Of a DNA stretch of 64,000 nucleotides, positions 35,201 to 47,646 are shown one piece after another (position 1 is the stretch's first letter; every line of letters starts with the position of its first letter). The notes beneath the pieces were generated by a model that was not told the DNA's origin, ran no database searches, and worked only from the letters and a program-made list of their open reading frames with translations. Position numbers and translations under genes: made by a program. Source of the stretch: Hemiscyllium ocellatum (Eukaryota); contig NC_083409.1 of assembly GCF_020745735.1 (NCBI RefSeq), forward strand, positions 20,170,341-20,234,340, written 5' to 3'.

Positions 35201-36657
35201 AGCTTTCCTGATATTGTCCAAATAGGACCTTTTGCCGATTTTTGCTGATGTTATTGGTCCCAACACAAACAACAACAACTGGATCATCAACCCCCCCCAA
35301 ATCCCAAGTCTGTTATATTTAAAAGCTGGCTCGAGATGCCCTTACCTTGAAACGAGGCAGGCAACACACCATGTGGGACTCTCAATCCTGCTCACAAAGG
35401 ATGCTATCAGTTCCCCATATTATCAAGACCCCCCTTTTCTTTGTGCTCCCCAAGTCTGAGCGGCCTCCTGGACCATGGTGCAGTGGTTTCCTTCATTCAT
35501 TCATAGGAAATGGACATCTCTGGCCCAGCCAGCAATGACTGCCTGTTGGAGTCATTGAATCATAGAATCCATACAGTGTGAAACAGGCCATTCAGACCAA
35601 TGAGTCCACATCAACATTCTGAAGAGCATCCCACCCAGACTTGTCTCCCTACCTTATCCCTGAAAATCTGAAATCTCCCATGGCTAATGCACCTAACCTA
35701 CACATCCCGACATTTTCCCCAGTTTAGACATTATAATTTCTGCTCTGTCTTTATCTTATTATATAATGACTTTGAAACTTACAGAGTTATGGTCACGATC
35801 ACCAAAATCCTCAAACTACATTTGCCCATTCTCCCGACAATCCTTGTCCTCATTAACACAGGGAGCAAGTACCTCATTCCTGTTGGACAAGGAGCTGAGG
35901 CACCTGTAAGGCTAAATCCAGGCTGCATTGTCCTGTTCACTTTTGGTCACACCCTCCTGTCCCTGACCACTGGCCATAATTTGAAGTATTTAACCTACAA
36001 GGTGTGACTGTCTCCACAAACACAGTGTCCAGGTATTTCCCCACCGCCCCTCCCTGATGTGTCGCAGTGTTTGAAGGTCAGATTCCAGCTCATCAACTCT
36101 GAGCTGGAGTGCCTTGAGCAACCAACACTTGCTGTAGATGTGGTCACTCTGAGCTACAATGGGCTCCACCAGCTTCCCCATCGTACAATTACTACACATT
36201 GCCTGGCCCTGTATGTGGAAATTATTTGAGGAGTTTTTAATTTATATTTTAAAATTTGCTGCTGGTCTTTAGTTTTTAATCAGTAAAATATTTCCGTCCA
36301 GGAGACAGAGAAGGTGCCAGCACAGGAGGAGGCTGTTCAGCCCCTCGTGTCAGTGCCAGCTGTTTACGAGCCTCAATCACAATGAGCATCTCCATTGAAA
36401 GTCTGTTGTCAGGAAGTGATTGAGTCCATTTCTAGAGACAGAATAATGGACAAATATGAACTGGTCCGAGAGAGTCAGCCTGGATTGACAAAGGTTCAGA
36501 CATCTTTAACTAACCGGGCTACACTTTGTTAGGAGCTCACTAATGTGGGATATAAGGGAATGTCGATGGCTATTGTCTATAGTGAATTCCAAAAGACATT
36601 TAAGAATGTTCCACAAAAGAAACATTGATTCAGATCTTACACTCCACGACCATTAGT

Positions 36658-36964
36658 GGGCGGCACGGTGGCACAGTGGTTAGCACTGCTGCCTCACAGC
36701 GCTTGAGACCCGGGTTCAATTCCCGACAGACTGTGTGGAGTTTGCACGTTCTCCCCGTGTCTGCGTGGGTTTCCTCCGGGTACTCTGGTTTCCTCCCACA
36801 GTCACAAAGATGTGCAGGTCAGGTGAATTGGCCATGCTAAATTGTCCATAGTGTTAGGTAAGGGGTAAATGTAGGGGTATGGGTGGGTTGCGCTTCGGCG
36901 GGTCGGTGTGGACTTGTTGGGCCGAAGGGCCTGTTTCCACACTGTAAGTAATCTAATCTAATCT
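36658..36964 (+). mobile_element. HE1-type SINE
   Basis: Near-consensus head, core and (TAATC)n tail. Confidence 0.9.
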
Positions 36965-37083
36965 GATGAAGGAGCAGCGCTTCGAACGCTGATGCTTCCG
37001 AACAAACCTGTTGCATTAGAACCTGGTGTTGTGTGATTTTTAACATTTACACGACAGTCCAACATCGGCATCTCCAAATCATG
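36962..37083 (+). mobile_element. Penelope-derived terminal segment (family B) with degenerate hammerhead core
   Basis: CTGATGAAGGAGCAGCGCTTCGAACGCT; homologous to the arms of the 45060-45261 hairpin. Confidence 0.6.
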
Positions 37084-37752
37084 GAATTGGATTGAATTTG
37101 AGAAATGCATTTACCTTGGGTCAGGAATGGGTCTGTCTAGGAGACAGAGAGGAAGGATAACGTGCGTGTGTTCCAATGAGCCAGATGTGAGTAGTGGTAT
37201 TCCCAGGGATCTGTGCTGGGACCTCAGCTTTTCACGATATTTCTCAATGACTTGGATGAAGAAACAGAGAGCCATATGTCCAAGATTATTGATCACACTG
37301 AGTGAGGCAGCTTGGAGGAGGTCACAGAGATAGGGAGGGTGGAAGAGCAGGGAGCAGATTGAGAACAAAAATGAGAATTTGAAAATCGAGGTGTTGCTGG
37401 ACCAGGAGCTTATGTCAGTCAGTGAGGATTGTGGTGGCTATGGTGGGGTGGGGAGGCATGGGCAGGGGTATGGGGTGGACTTGGTGTGAGTTTGAACACA
37501 GACAGCAGAGTTTGGGATGAGCTGATGTTTACGGAAGTCAGTGGCTGTGATGTGGGCCTGGATAACATTGGAAAGTTCACAAAAACATGGTTGAGATTTT
37601 CAGTGGCTGATAATTGTGATGTGGAGGATTTGGGCCTCAAATCAGCCCCAAAGATGAGGCCAAAGTTGTAAAGAGTCTGGTTGAGCAGCAGACAGTGCTC
37701 AGGGAGAGGGATGGAGTTTGTACCGGGAGCTGAAGAGGATGACTTTGATCTT

Positions 37753-37992
37753 CCCAATGTGTTTCCCAGTGAGTCTGGCTCCTCAGTCCTGACTGCTCTT
37801 AGCTGCTGTGATTGTCACTGATTGGACACTTATTATTAGAGATTCTGACCACAGCAGAAAGCCCCAGTGTAAAAAATAACTGCAAAGGCTGTCAGATCGC
37901 AAGGTTGAAACTTCACCAAAAAAGGAAGTGAAAGAAGGAGCTCGGAGCAGCTGGGCGTTTGTTACTGAGATGGGAGAAAACTGTGAACTGTC
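37753..37992. promoter_or_regulatory. conserved non-coding element, candidate B-cell enhancer (copy 2)
   Basis: Inverted paralogue of 13981-14220. AAAAGGAAGTGAAA (EICE core 37924-37933), CAGCTG 37948, ACCACA 37848, ATTGG 37821. Confidence 0.6.
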
Positions 37993-38540
37993 TGTACTCC
38001 CTGGAATTTGACAGCACAGGAGGAGGCCATTCAGCCCATCAGGCCTTTGAATGACCCAGTTAATCCCACTGCTCCCTTCTCTCTCCCCGTAACCCAGCAA
38101 ATCTTTCCTTTACAGTTCAATCTCCAATTCCCTCTTATAGACCTCATGTCCACAAAGGGAGACTGCCCTGAACCTGGGCTACAAATTGGCATCTCATTCA
38201 TTCATTGGGAGACAAACTGCCTGGGCTGGGAAATGGAGCTCAGGATCTGGAACATTCCCTCTCCCCTCCTGAGGAACACTTCACCGGCTGGGTCAACATT
38301 ATTTACCCTGTCTCTAGTTGCCCTGGAGTAGGTGGTGGGAAGCTGCCATCTTGAATTGTTATCGTCCACAAGCTGTAAGTTGACCCACATTGCCAGCATT
38401 TTAACCCAGCAAGGCTGAGGGATCAGCGACATGTTTCCAAGTCCGGATGCTAAGCTTTTTCGAGGGGAACTTGCAGCTCACAGTGTTCCCATGTATCTGC
38501 TGCTCTTGTTCTAAATGGAAGTGAACGTGGGTTTGGAGGG

Positions 38541-38735
38541 AAACCAAAAGAACTGCAGATGCTGTAAATCCGAGACAAAAATAGAAAGTGCTGGAAAAGC
38601 TCAGCAGGTCTGGCAGCATCTGCGAAGAGAAATCAGAGTTAATATTTCATGCTCAACCCGAAATGTTAACTCTGATTTCTCTCCAAGATGCTGCCTGACC
38701 TGCTGAGCTTTTCCTGCAATTTCTATTTTTGTCCA
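38541..38735. mobile_element. Penelope-derived ~195-bp hairpin with TSD
   Basis: Inverted arms around 38645-38655; flanks TGGGTTTGGAGGG (38528-38540) and TGGGTTTGGAAGG (38736-38748). Confidence 0.7.
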
Positions 38736-39049
38736 TGGGTTTGGAAGGTGCTATCTGAAGATCGGTGATGAATTTCTGCAGTGCATCTTATCGATAATAC
38801 ACACTGCTGCTATGGAGCGTCAGTGACAGTGAGTTTGCGTGTTTTGAGAATGCGATGCCAATCAAGGAGTTTGCTTTGCTCTGGATGGTATCAAGCTTTT
38901 TGAGTGGATAAGAAAGACATAGGATACAATAGACAGAGATAGGAAAGGTTTCAAGGGATAAGTGTGAAATGCAGGCAAATGAGACTCGTTCACTTCAGAT
39001 AACCTGGTCAGCGTGTAGAAGTTTGGCTTAAAGGTTTGTTTCTGTGCTG

Positions 39050-40340
39050 TATGACTCTGTGACACTATCAATCTATGAATGTTGTTGGAGCTGCACCCTT
39101 CCAGGCAAGTGGGGAGTATTTGCTCACACTCCTGACTTGGTTCACAGGCTTTGGGGGGACCAGGAGGTGAGTTACTCGAGGCAGTATTTCTCGCCTCTAA
39201 CGTGTTCTTGTAACCATTGTGTTTCTTTGGTGAATCCAGTTGTGTTTCTGGTCAATGGTACCTCAAGAATGTTGATAGTGGGAGTTCAGTGATGGTAATA
39301 GCATTGATTGTCAAGGGGCGATGTTTAGATTGTCTCTTATTGGTGATGGCGATTGTCTGGCATTTGCATGGCACAATTGGGAAATGGCACTTCTCAGTTG
39401 TCCAAATATTATTGCATTTGCACGTGGACTGCTTCAGTATCTGAGGAGTTGAGAAGAGTGCTGAGCATTGTGCAATCTTTGGCAATCATCCCCATTTACG
39501 AGTTTGCCTTGAGTTGCAATATCTGTTCGGAGTCTGTCCTATTTAGTACGGTGATAGTACCACACAACACAATGGAGGGGATTCTCAATGTGAAGGTCAG
39601 ACTTTGTTTCCACAAGAACTGTGTGATGGTCACTCTTACCAATACTGTCAAGGATAGATGCACCTACAGCCACAAGATTGGTGAGGATGGGGTCAAGCAT
39701 CTTTTTCCATCTTTTTGGTTCCAGCTGCAGAGCCAGTCCCTCAGCTACATCCATGAGGAACCAACCAGCTCGATCAGTAATGCTGCTGCCGAGCCACTCT
39801 CAATGGTGGGCATTGAAACCCCCCCAACCAGAGTACACTCTCTGCTGTCATCACCCTCAGTGCTTCCTCCAAATGTTGTTCAACATCCAGGAGAGACTGA
39901 TTCATCAGCCGAGGGAGCAAGATATCTTGTAATCACCAGGAGGTTTCCTCGCCCATGTTTAACCTGGTGTCATGAAGTCCAGAGCCAACTTTGAAACTTC
40001 CCAGGGTAACTCCCTCCTGACTGTAGACCACTGTGTCATCAGCTCTGCTGGTTCTGCCTTTCTGGTGGGACAGGATACATGCAGGGACAGTGATGGTGGT
40101 GTCTGGGACATTGTCTGTAAGATATGGTTCTGTGAGTATGACTGTTGCATGACTAGTCTGTGAGAGAGCTCTCCTGAATTTGGCACTAGCTCCCAGATGT
40201 CAGTAAGGAGGATGGAGCAGGGTAGACAGGGCTGTTTCTGTCATTGTCTTTTCGGTGTCTAGATCGATGCCTGTGGTCCGTCCGGTCTCATTTCTTTGTT
40301 GAAACATTGTCACAATTGATACAACTGAGAGCCTTGCTCG
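39050..40340 (-). mobile_element. APE-endonuclease region of a non-CR1 LINE (clade unresolved)
   Basis: ORF 39539-39754 LDPILTNL..DSIGKSDHHTVLVETK contains the SDH motif. Confidence 0.6.
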
Positions 40341-41208
40341 GCCATTTCAGAGGGCACTAGAGAGTCAACCACATTGCTAGAGGATAGTGCCATGTACTCC
40401 GGCAGTACATTCCGACCTCCCCCACTTCCCCATTCTGTATATGGAAGGCGGAAGCCTGCCAGCAGGATATTCAACCGCAGGAGCTATCACAGCCCGTGCG
40501 CAATTCTGTCCTCACATTAAATCCACACAAATCTTGAATTCACATAACTCCTTCCATGTCCAAACATTCCACGAATGTTCACAAAGTTGCAGTAAGAGGG
40601 ATGGGGGAGAGGGTGGAGGAACATAAGAACTAGGAGCAGGAGCAGGCAATTCAGCCCCTCGAGCCCACTCCACCATTTAATACAATCATGGCTGATCCCA
40701 TCTCAGACTCAACTCCACTTTCCTGCTCACTCTCCATCATCCTTTAACCCATTACCCATTAAATATCTGTTCATCTCCTCCTTGGTGTGAGACAGGGAAA
40801 TGACCACTCCATTTCAGAAAAGACTGACCATGGAAGGGGAAGGAGAGGGGAAGGGATTGGAACATGTTGTGAATGGACAGGATGAGTCAGTGGTCAGAGC
40901 CTGTCCTGTCCCTCCAACTCACACTGATGACCTGAGGATCTCCTCTCTCTGCTAGGCCTTCATGGAATGAGGTTTGTGTCCAAATCAGTCCCCGGTAAGA
41001 ATAGGCCAACAGCACAGAACTGCACAGAACTGCCCTTTATTTGACCAGAATCTGTCCATCTTCCTGAGAGAAGCCAAAACCTGGTCATCGTGGAAATAGG
41101 GCCTTACTCCAGGAAAAAGACAGGGGTCAAGGGTTAACATCCATTAGTGGGGCAGAGCAGAGGGAGATACATCCTGCATTCAACTGTCACCACCCAGGAC
41201 ACTGTCAG

Positions 41209-41345
41209 NNNNNNNNNNNNNNNNNNNNNNNNNNNNNNNNNNNNNNNNNNNNNNNNNNNNNNNNNNNNNNNNNNNNNNNNNNNNNNNNNNNNNNNNNNNN
41301 NNNNNNNNNNNNNNNNNNNNNNNNNNNNNNNNNNNNNNNNNNNNN
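41209..41345. other. assembly gap (137 N)
   Basis: Run of N at the edge of the GA-rich tract. Confidence 1.
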
Positions 41346-41374
41346 GCATCTGATACGGTGTAAGATATGTAAGG

Positions 41375-41950
41375 GGACCAAGAGAGAGGTAAGAGGGAGG
41401 TAGAAATGGTGAGGCTGAGGGATAGAGAGAGAAACAAGATGTGAGACAGTGTGACTGAGAGGGATGGAGAGAGAGAGAGAGACAAAGAGACACAGAGAGA
41501 GAGAGAAAGAGACAGGATGGGTCTGAGACTAAGCATGAAGAGAGTTGAGAGGGAGGGTAGGGTTGAGTGTGTGAGAGAGAGAGAGAGAGATGAATATGGG
41601 TAGATTTATAATGACGAGAGAGAGAGAGAGTATAAATTGGGAGGTAGAGAGGGAAGGAGAGAGAAAGAGGGAGGAATAGAGAGTGACAGATAACAATTGA
41701 AGGATTTTAATTGAAGTGAGAGAGGGAGCGAGTAACAGAGACAGTGAGAGATGGAGAAACAGATGATAAGATGGAGTGAGAAAGCATCAGTGAGTTGTAG
41801 AGAGTGGCTATGAGACAGAGTGTGTGTGAGAGAGAGAGAGAGAGAGAAAGCGAGAGGGAGAGAACATAAAAGAGATTAACAGTGGGAGAGAGAGAGAGAG
41901 AGGTAGAGAGAAAGTAATGGTAGATGTGAGTCACAGAGAGAGAGGGACAA
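41375..41950. repeat. degenerate (GA)n purine tract
   Basis: Low-complexity GA run; inverted paralogue of 9360-9695. Confidence 0.85.
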
Positions 41951-42983
41951 GTCCTGGTCACCACACTCTGGGAAGAATGTTATTGTACCGGATAGGGTAC
42001 AGGGGAGATTTCCCAGGATGCTGCCTGAATGTGAGCTTTGAGCAGTGAAGGCTTAAAAGGGACCTGATAGAGAGGGATAGGATTATTCAGGACAGTGATA
42101 GGATAGGTAGGATGGCACTTTTTACATGAGTAAAGGACTTAATATCCTGGTACAGAGATTGAAGGTAACACAGACATGGACACGTAGAAACTTGGAGCAG
42201 CAGTAGGCCATTCGGCCCTTTGAGTCTGCTCTGTCATTCAGTATGATCATGGCTGTATCAATTTTTGAATGTCATCATTTTTTCGAGGGTTGGTGTGGTC
42301 TTGTTTCCACACTGTAGGCATTCTATGATCTATGTCTGATCCTCTCTCTCAAAGCCATATTCCTGCCTTCTCCCCATTCTCTTCAAGCTGTTAAAATGCA
42401 AAACAATTATCTCTCTCTTTTTCTTGAATATATTCAGTTTCTTATCCTCCACAGCCTTCAGTGGTAGAGAATTCCACAGGTTGACCACCCTCTGAGTGAA
42501 GAAATGTTTCCTCATCTCAGTCCTAAATGGTCTACACTGTATCCCCCTGAGCCTGTGTCCCCTAGTTCCAGACTCCCCAACCAGAGGAACCCTCCTCCCT
42601 GCCCAGCCCTGTTACAATTTTATATGTTTCAATCAGATCCCCTCTCATCGTTTTGAACACGAGTGAGTCCATGGCCAGGCGAGTTGGAGAGTGAGAGGAG
42701 AGTTGAGAAGAAATGTTTTCACCCAGAGGGTGGTGGGAGTCTGGAACTCACTGCCTGAAAGGCTGGTTGAGTCAGAAACTCTCGTGACATTGGAGCAGTG
42801 TTTAGATATTCCCTTGTGTTGTTGTAACCTACAGGGTAATGGGCCAAGAGCTGGAGGATGGGATCAGTGTCATCAGATCTTTGTTTACCAGCACAGACAC
42901 AATGGGCCAAATGGCCTCATTCAGTGCTGTTCACATCAATGACCATGAGACAAAGAGAGCGAGATAGAGAGAGAGAGAGAGAG

Positions 42984-43082
42984 AAGAGGAAGTGTGAGGG
43001 GCTGAAGTGGCTCTCTCTGCCTGATGCCATTTACATACTGAGGAACACCCAGTCAGACTCTCACAGGCTGCAGCTTTATAAA
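42984..43082 (+). promoter_or_regulatory. V2 promoter: PU box, octamer variant, TATA
   Basis: AAGAGGAAGTG 42984-42994; ATTTACAT 43029-43036; TATAAA 43077-43082, about 60 nt before the ATG. Confidence 0.75.
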
Positions 43083-43142
43083 GCAGAGCCCAGTGAAGGG
43101 AGAGTTTATCAGGAACCAGGCACAGGGACAGGAGCACACATC

Positions 43143-43191
43143 ATGATTTCACACATCCAGCTGATCTGGCCCCTGGCATTCTGTGTCGCAG
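43143..43191 (+). CDS. IGKV: leader exon of V2 (MISHIQLIWPLAFCVA)
   Basis: ATG 43143, 49 nt, donor GTACAA, 186-nt intron ending CCCTCAG at 43377. Confidence 0.95.
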
Positions 43192-43377
43192 GTACAAATC
43201 TCTCTCCTTCCACCTTGAATCTTTAGCTGCTCTCCATTTCACTCCAATTCCACTGACTTGTGATTGAAGGGAAAATGCTGAAACTAGAGGAATGCTCAGT
43301 GTCTCCAACAATCTCTCATTTGACCGGCTCTTTGTGTGACAGTTCTGATTTCACTGTGTTTCTCTCTGACCCCTCAG

Positions 43378-43676
43378 GTATCAGTGGGGACATCATCATG
43401 ACCCAGTCTCCCCCGGTGCCGTCAGTGGGACTGGGCCAGACCGCAACCATCACCTGTACGGCCAGTGAATCTGTTAGCAAGTGGGTTAGCTGGTACCAGC
43501 AGCGAGAAGGTCAGAAACCCTCTCTCCTGATCTATGAAGCAACAAAACGATTCTCAGGAGTCTCCGAGCGATTCACCGGCAGTGGATCAGAGACCAGTTT
43601 CACCCTGACAATCAGCAACGTTCAGAATGAAGATGTTGCTGACTATTACTGTCAGCAGCATAGGAGCTACCCTCGA
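43378..43676 (+). CDS. IGKV: Ig kappa-type (NS4-like) V exon, unit 2, unrearranged
   Basis: (G)[57 protein letters not shown]; open frame, abuts a 12-RSS. Confidence 0.97.
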
Positions 43677-43704
43677 CACAGTGACACAGAGCCATACAAA
43701 AACC
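43677..43704 (+). other. 12-bp-spacer RSS of V2
   Basis: CACAGTG + ACACAGAGCCAT + ACAAAAACC: perfect consensus. Confidence 0.98.
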
Positions 43705-44137
43705 TCAATACATAAAGCACGACCTACTGTACTGACCCATCCCACAGCTACATAAAATGTATAATAATGGACACACTGTCCCACCACCTGAACTGATATA
43801 TCCACAGTTCGATCCAAATGAAACTGATCAAATTACCCCAAACTGGGATTGGCACTGTCCACGACACACTCTAATCCCTGTGGTGTTTCAACGTTCACTG
43901 AAGGCCTCAAGTTTCCCTCTTACACTCCATGGCCACATGTGAAGGGCTGCTGCAAGTTTTAAAATCGAAAAATAAATTTCACAAACCTCCCGAGCCCAGC
44001 TGGAAACAACCCAGAGAGACAGAGAGAGAAAGACACATGAATGAGGGAGAGACAGAGAGAGGCAGGGAGAGGGTGAGAGTGAATGAGAGACAGAGACAGG
44101 GAGAGGTTGCCATTGATAAGAGGGAAGCAGAGAGCAG

Positions 44138-44176
44138 AGTTTTTGTACAGCCTCTGCACTGGGAGCTCTCACTGTG
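44138..44176 (-). other. 23-bp-spacer RSS of J2
   Basis: Plus strand AGTTTTTGT (44138-44146) + 23 nt + CACTGTG (44170-44176); spacer identical to that of J1. Confidence 0.97.
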
Positions 44177-44211
44177 GCTTACGTTCGGTAAAGGAACCAA
44201 GCTCAGACTGA
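44177..44211 (+). CDS. IGKJ: Ig kappa-type J segment (unit 2), LTFGKGTKLRL
   Basis: FGKG motif; donor GTAAGT at 44212; phase matches the C exon. Confidence 0.97.
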
Positions 44212-44585
44212 GTAAGTAAACCTCCATCCTCTGTTACTAACCCTGTCAATACTGAAATACACTTTCTAAAATACAGTTGCTGATTTGTTGAAGGTGTTAG
44301 TGGGGAGCTGCAGTGAATGAAATGGTTGATTGAGGAGCACTGTGTCTAACAGGATGTCCAGCTGTATTTCTTTACTTTCATGCCCTCTTTAAAAAATGCA
44401 AGATATAAGTCAGTCAGTTTTACTCACTGGGTGGAGGAGCTCTGTCCATTTGCAGCCTGTGGTCCCATTCCTGCAGCATGGAGTGAAATCAGTGAGCAGC
44501 CTCCTGCCAGTCTCAGTGTGACGGACATGGGGCAGAGTTTGATGTGGCTCTGGTTCCCTGTCCCAGCCTCTGATCTCACTGACCT

Positions 44586-44606
44586 CAGCAGCAGCAGCAG
44601 CAGCAG
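44586..44606. repeat. (CAG)7 microsatellite
   Basis: Seven perfect units. Confidence 0.95.
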
Positions 44607-45059
44607 CACAGTGAGACACCGAGCTCCCACCTCCCCCAGCTTTAACTCTGCTCAATCACACAATCACAGAATTGTTACAGCGCACAAGGAGACCACTCTG
44701 TCCATCCTGTATGGACTAGCTCTCCGAATGAGCAATTGACTGAGTGTCATTCTCCTGCCTTCTCCCTGTCACCCTGCACATTGTTCCTTTTCAAATAACA
44801 GTCGCATTCCCTTCGGAATATTTCAATTGAAGCTGCCTCCACCACACTCTCAGGCAGTGCATTCCACACCTTAACCACTCACTGGCCGAAAAAGTTTTCC
44901 CTCATCACACTTTTCTTACTTTTTCAATTACTTTCAATCTGTGGCCTCTCGGTCTAAATCCTTTCACAAGTGGAATCATTTTTTCCCTATTTACTCTGTT
45001 CCAGGCCCCTCCTGATTTTGAATTTCTGGAACTATTCTCCTCACTGCCTTCTCCAAAGA

Positions 45060-45261
45060 CTTGGAAGTGCCGGTGTTGGACTGGGGTGGACAAAGTTAAA
45101 AATCACACAACACCAGGTTATAGTCCAACAGGGGGTTTATTTGGAAGCACTGGCTTTCGGAGCGCCCCTCCTTCATCAAATGGTTGTCAGTGGCGCTCCG
45201 AAAGCTAGTGCTTCCACATTAACCTGTTGGACTATAACCTGATGTTGTGTGATCTGTAACT
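45060..45261. mobile_element. Penelope-derived ~200-bp hairpin (family B) with 11-bp TSD
   Basis: Inverted arms; TTCTCCAAAGA at 45049-45059 and 45262-45272; absent from the paralogous site near 6340; degenerate hammerhead core on minus. Confidence 0.75.
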
Positions 45262-46138
45262 TTCTCCAAAGAAGACAGTCCCAAATTCTCCAATCTATCT
45301 TCATAACTGATATTCCTCATCCCTGGAATGATCTTTGTGCATATGTTTGCCAGCTCTAAAAAAAATTCACACCCTTCCTGCATTATTCACATTATTTATG
45401 TCCCTCACGATTTTATAAACCTCTATAAGGTCACTCCTCAGCCTCCGGCACTTCAGGGTAAAAGATCTCAGCTTTTCCAGCCTCTAATTGTCACGGAGTC
45501 AGACAGCGTGGAAACAGATCTTTCAGTCTAACTTCTCCATGCTAATCAGATATCCAAAACTGACCTCATCCCATTTGCCAGCATTTAGCCCACATCCCTC
45601 TAAACCCTTCCTATCCATGTACCCATCCAAACATCTTTTAAATGCTATAATTGTATCTGTCTCCAGCACATTCTCTGACAGCTCGATCCATACACGTACC
45701 ACCCTCTGTGTGACAAGTTACCCCTCAGGTCCCTTTTGCATCTTTTGCCTCTCATCTTAAACCTATACCCTCTAGTTTTGGATTCCCTTTCCCAAGGCAA
45801 AGACCTGGGATATACACCCTGTCCACCCTTCAGTCTCCGATCCTGCAGGAAAAATAACCCGTTTATTGAGCCTCTTCCGACAGCTTAAACCCTCCAGTTC
45901 CAGGCAACATCCATGTAAATCTTTTCTGCAGAATTTTAAGTTTAACAGTATCCTTCCTATCACAGGATGATCAGAATTGTTCACGTTATTCCCAAAGTAG
46001 CCTCACCAATTTCCTGTACAGCTGCAAATGATGTCCCAACGCTGATACTTAGTGCAGTGACCAATAAAGGCAAGTGTACCCAACACCTTCTTCATCTCCC
46101 TATCTCCCTGTGACTCCACTGTCAAGGAATAATGCCCA

Positions 46139-46204
46139 TGCACCTGCCCCTGCACCTGCCCCTGCACCTGTCCCTGCCCCTGCACCTGCCCCTGCCCCTG
46201 CACC
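46139..46204. repeat. tandem (TGCACCTGCCCC)/(TGCCCC) repeat
   Basis: 12- and 6-nt units containing four CACCTG. Confidence 0.9.
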
Positions 46205-46329
46205 CCGAGGTCACTTTGTTGAGCAACACTCCACAGGGCCCCACCATTAACAGTATAAGTCCTGCCCTGGTTTGACTTTCCAAAATGCAACATCTCACAT
46301 TTATCCAAGTTGAACTCCATTTGCCACAC

Positions 46330-46541
46330 GTTTAGATCAGACTGGTGCTGGAAAAGCACAGCAGGCCAGGCAATATCCAACGAACAGGAAAATCGACGTT
46401 TCAGGCAAAAGCCCTTCATCAGGATTCCTCTAGCTGAAACGTCGATTTTTCTGCTCCTCGGATACTGCCAGACATGCTGTGCTTTTCCAGCACCACTCTG
46501 ATCTAAACTCTGGTTTCCAGCATCTGCAGTCCGCACTTTTG
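46330..46541. mobile_element. Penelope-derived ~210-bp hairpin with 14-bp TSD
   Basis: Arms 46330-46403 and 46434-46508; TCCATTTGCCACAC at 46316-46329 and 46542-46555. Confidence 0.8.
46391..46426 (-). ncRNA. minimal type I hammerhead ribozyme motif
   Basis: Minus strand AATC-CTGATGA-A-GGGC-TTTT-GCCT-GAAA-C-GTC-GATT; core intact, stem I perfect. Confidence 0.75.
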
Positions 46542-47646
46542 TCCATTTGCCACACCTCTGCCCAATTCCCCAAATGATCAAGGTCCCACTGTACTCTCAG
46601 ATAAGCTTCTTCACTATCCACTGTACCACCAATTTTGGGGTCATTTACAAACTCGCCATAATTCCTATATTCACATCCAAATCATTTATTTAAATGATGA
46701 AAAGCCGTGGACCCAGCACCAATCCTTGTGGCACACAGCTGACATCTGATCTCCAGTCTGAAAAGCAACCCCTTACCACCACTCTCTGTCTCTTATCTTG
46801 AAGTCATTTTTTTTACCCAAATGGCTAGCTCCCCCTGGATCCCATGTGGCCTAACCTTACTAATCAGTCTATCATACGGAACCTTGTCAAATGCTTTGCT
46901 GAAGTCCATATAGACAGTGTCTACTGTTCTGCCGACATCAATCTTCGCTTCAAACAACCTCAATCATGTTAGTGAGACGCGATTACCATGCACAAAACTG
47001 CATTGATTGTCCAAATGCATGTAAATCCTGTCCCTCAGAATTCACTCCAATAACTTACCCAGCACTGACATCAGGCTCACTGGTTTATAGTTCCCTGGCT
47101 TTTCCTTAAACAATGGCTAACATTAGCCAACCTCTCTGGTTCTCCAGAACCTCACTCATGGCTTTCAATCAGAAACATACCTCAGCAAGAAGTCCAGCAA
47201 TCTCTTTCCTAGCTTTCCACAATGTCCTTGGATACACCTGATCAGGTCTTGGAGATTTATCTACCGTCTTGCACTTTAAGAAATCCTCTTCTGTAATGTG
47301 GACTTGTGTCAAGACATTACTATTTACTTCCAAAATTCCCAAATTCCCATGTCTTTCTCCATGATAAATACTGACCTGGAATGTTCATTTAAGACCTAAA
47401 CCATTTCCTGTGGATCCACCCAGAGGTACATTGTTCATCTTCATTGGGCCCTATTCTCTCTCTAGTTACTCTTTTGCCCTTTTCTTATTTACCATAATTC
47501 TACCACTTTTGCCCTTGAGTAAGTTCAGAAATTGTTTGCCTTCCTTCAAATGTATCTCGACTATACCTGGTCCACATCCTCTACTATTCTTTTCAGGACT
47601 TTCCTGCCAACCTTTGATCCCACTTTATTCAGATCCGATACATCCA

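Noticed and set aside
41134-41536. ORFs spanning the N run
   Set aside because: Artefacts of the gap and of low-complexity GA/CT sequence.
43378-44211. Germline-joined VJ, D segments or heavy-chain/IgNAR segments
   Set aside because: Both V and J retain their RSSs and spacer, and no short segment flanked by two RSSs was seen.
44338-44344. Second J-like RSS after J2 (CACTGTG, also 7055-7061)
   Set aside because: No nonamer at 12 or 23 nt and no FGxG-coding sequence follows.
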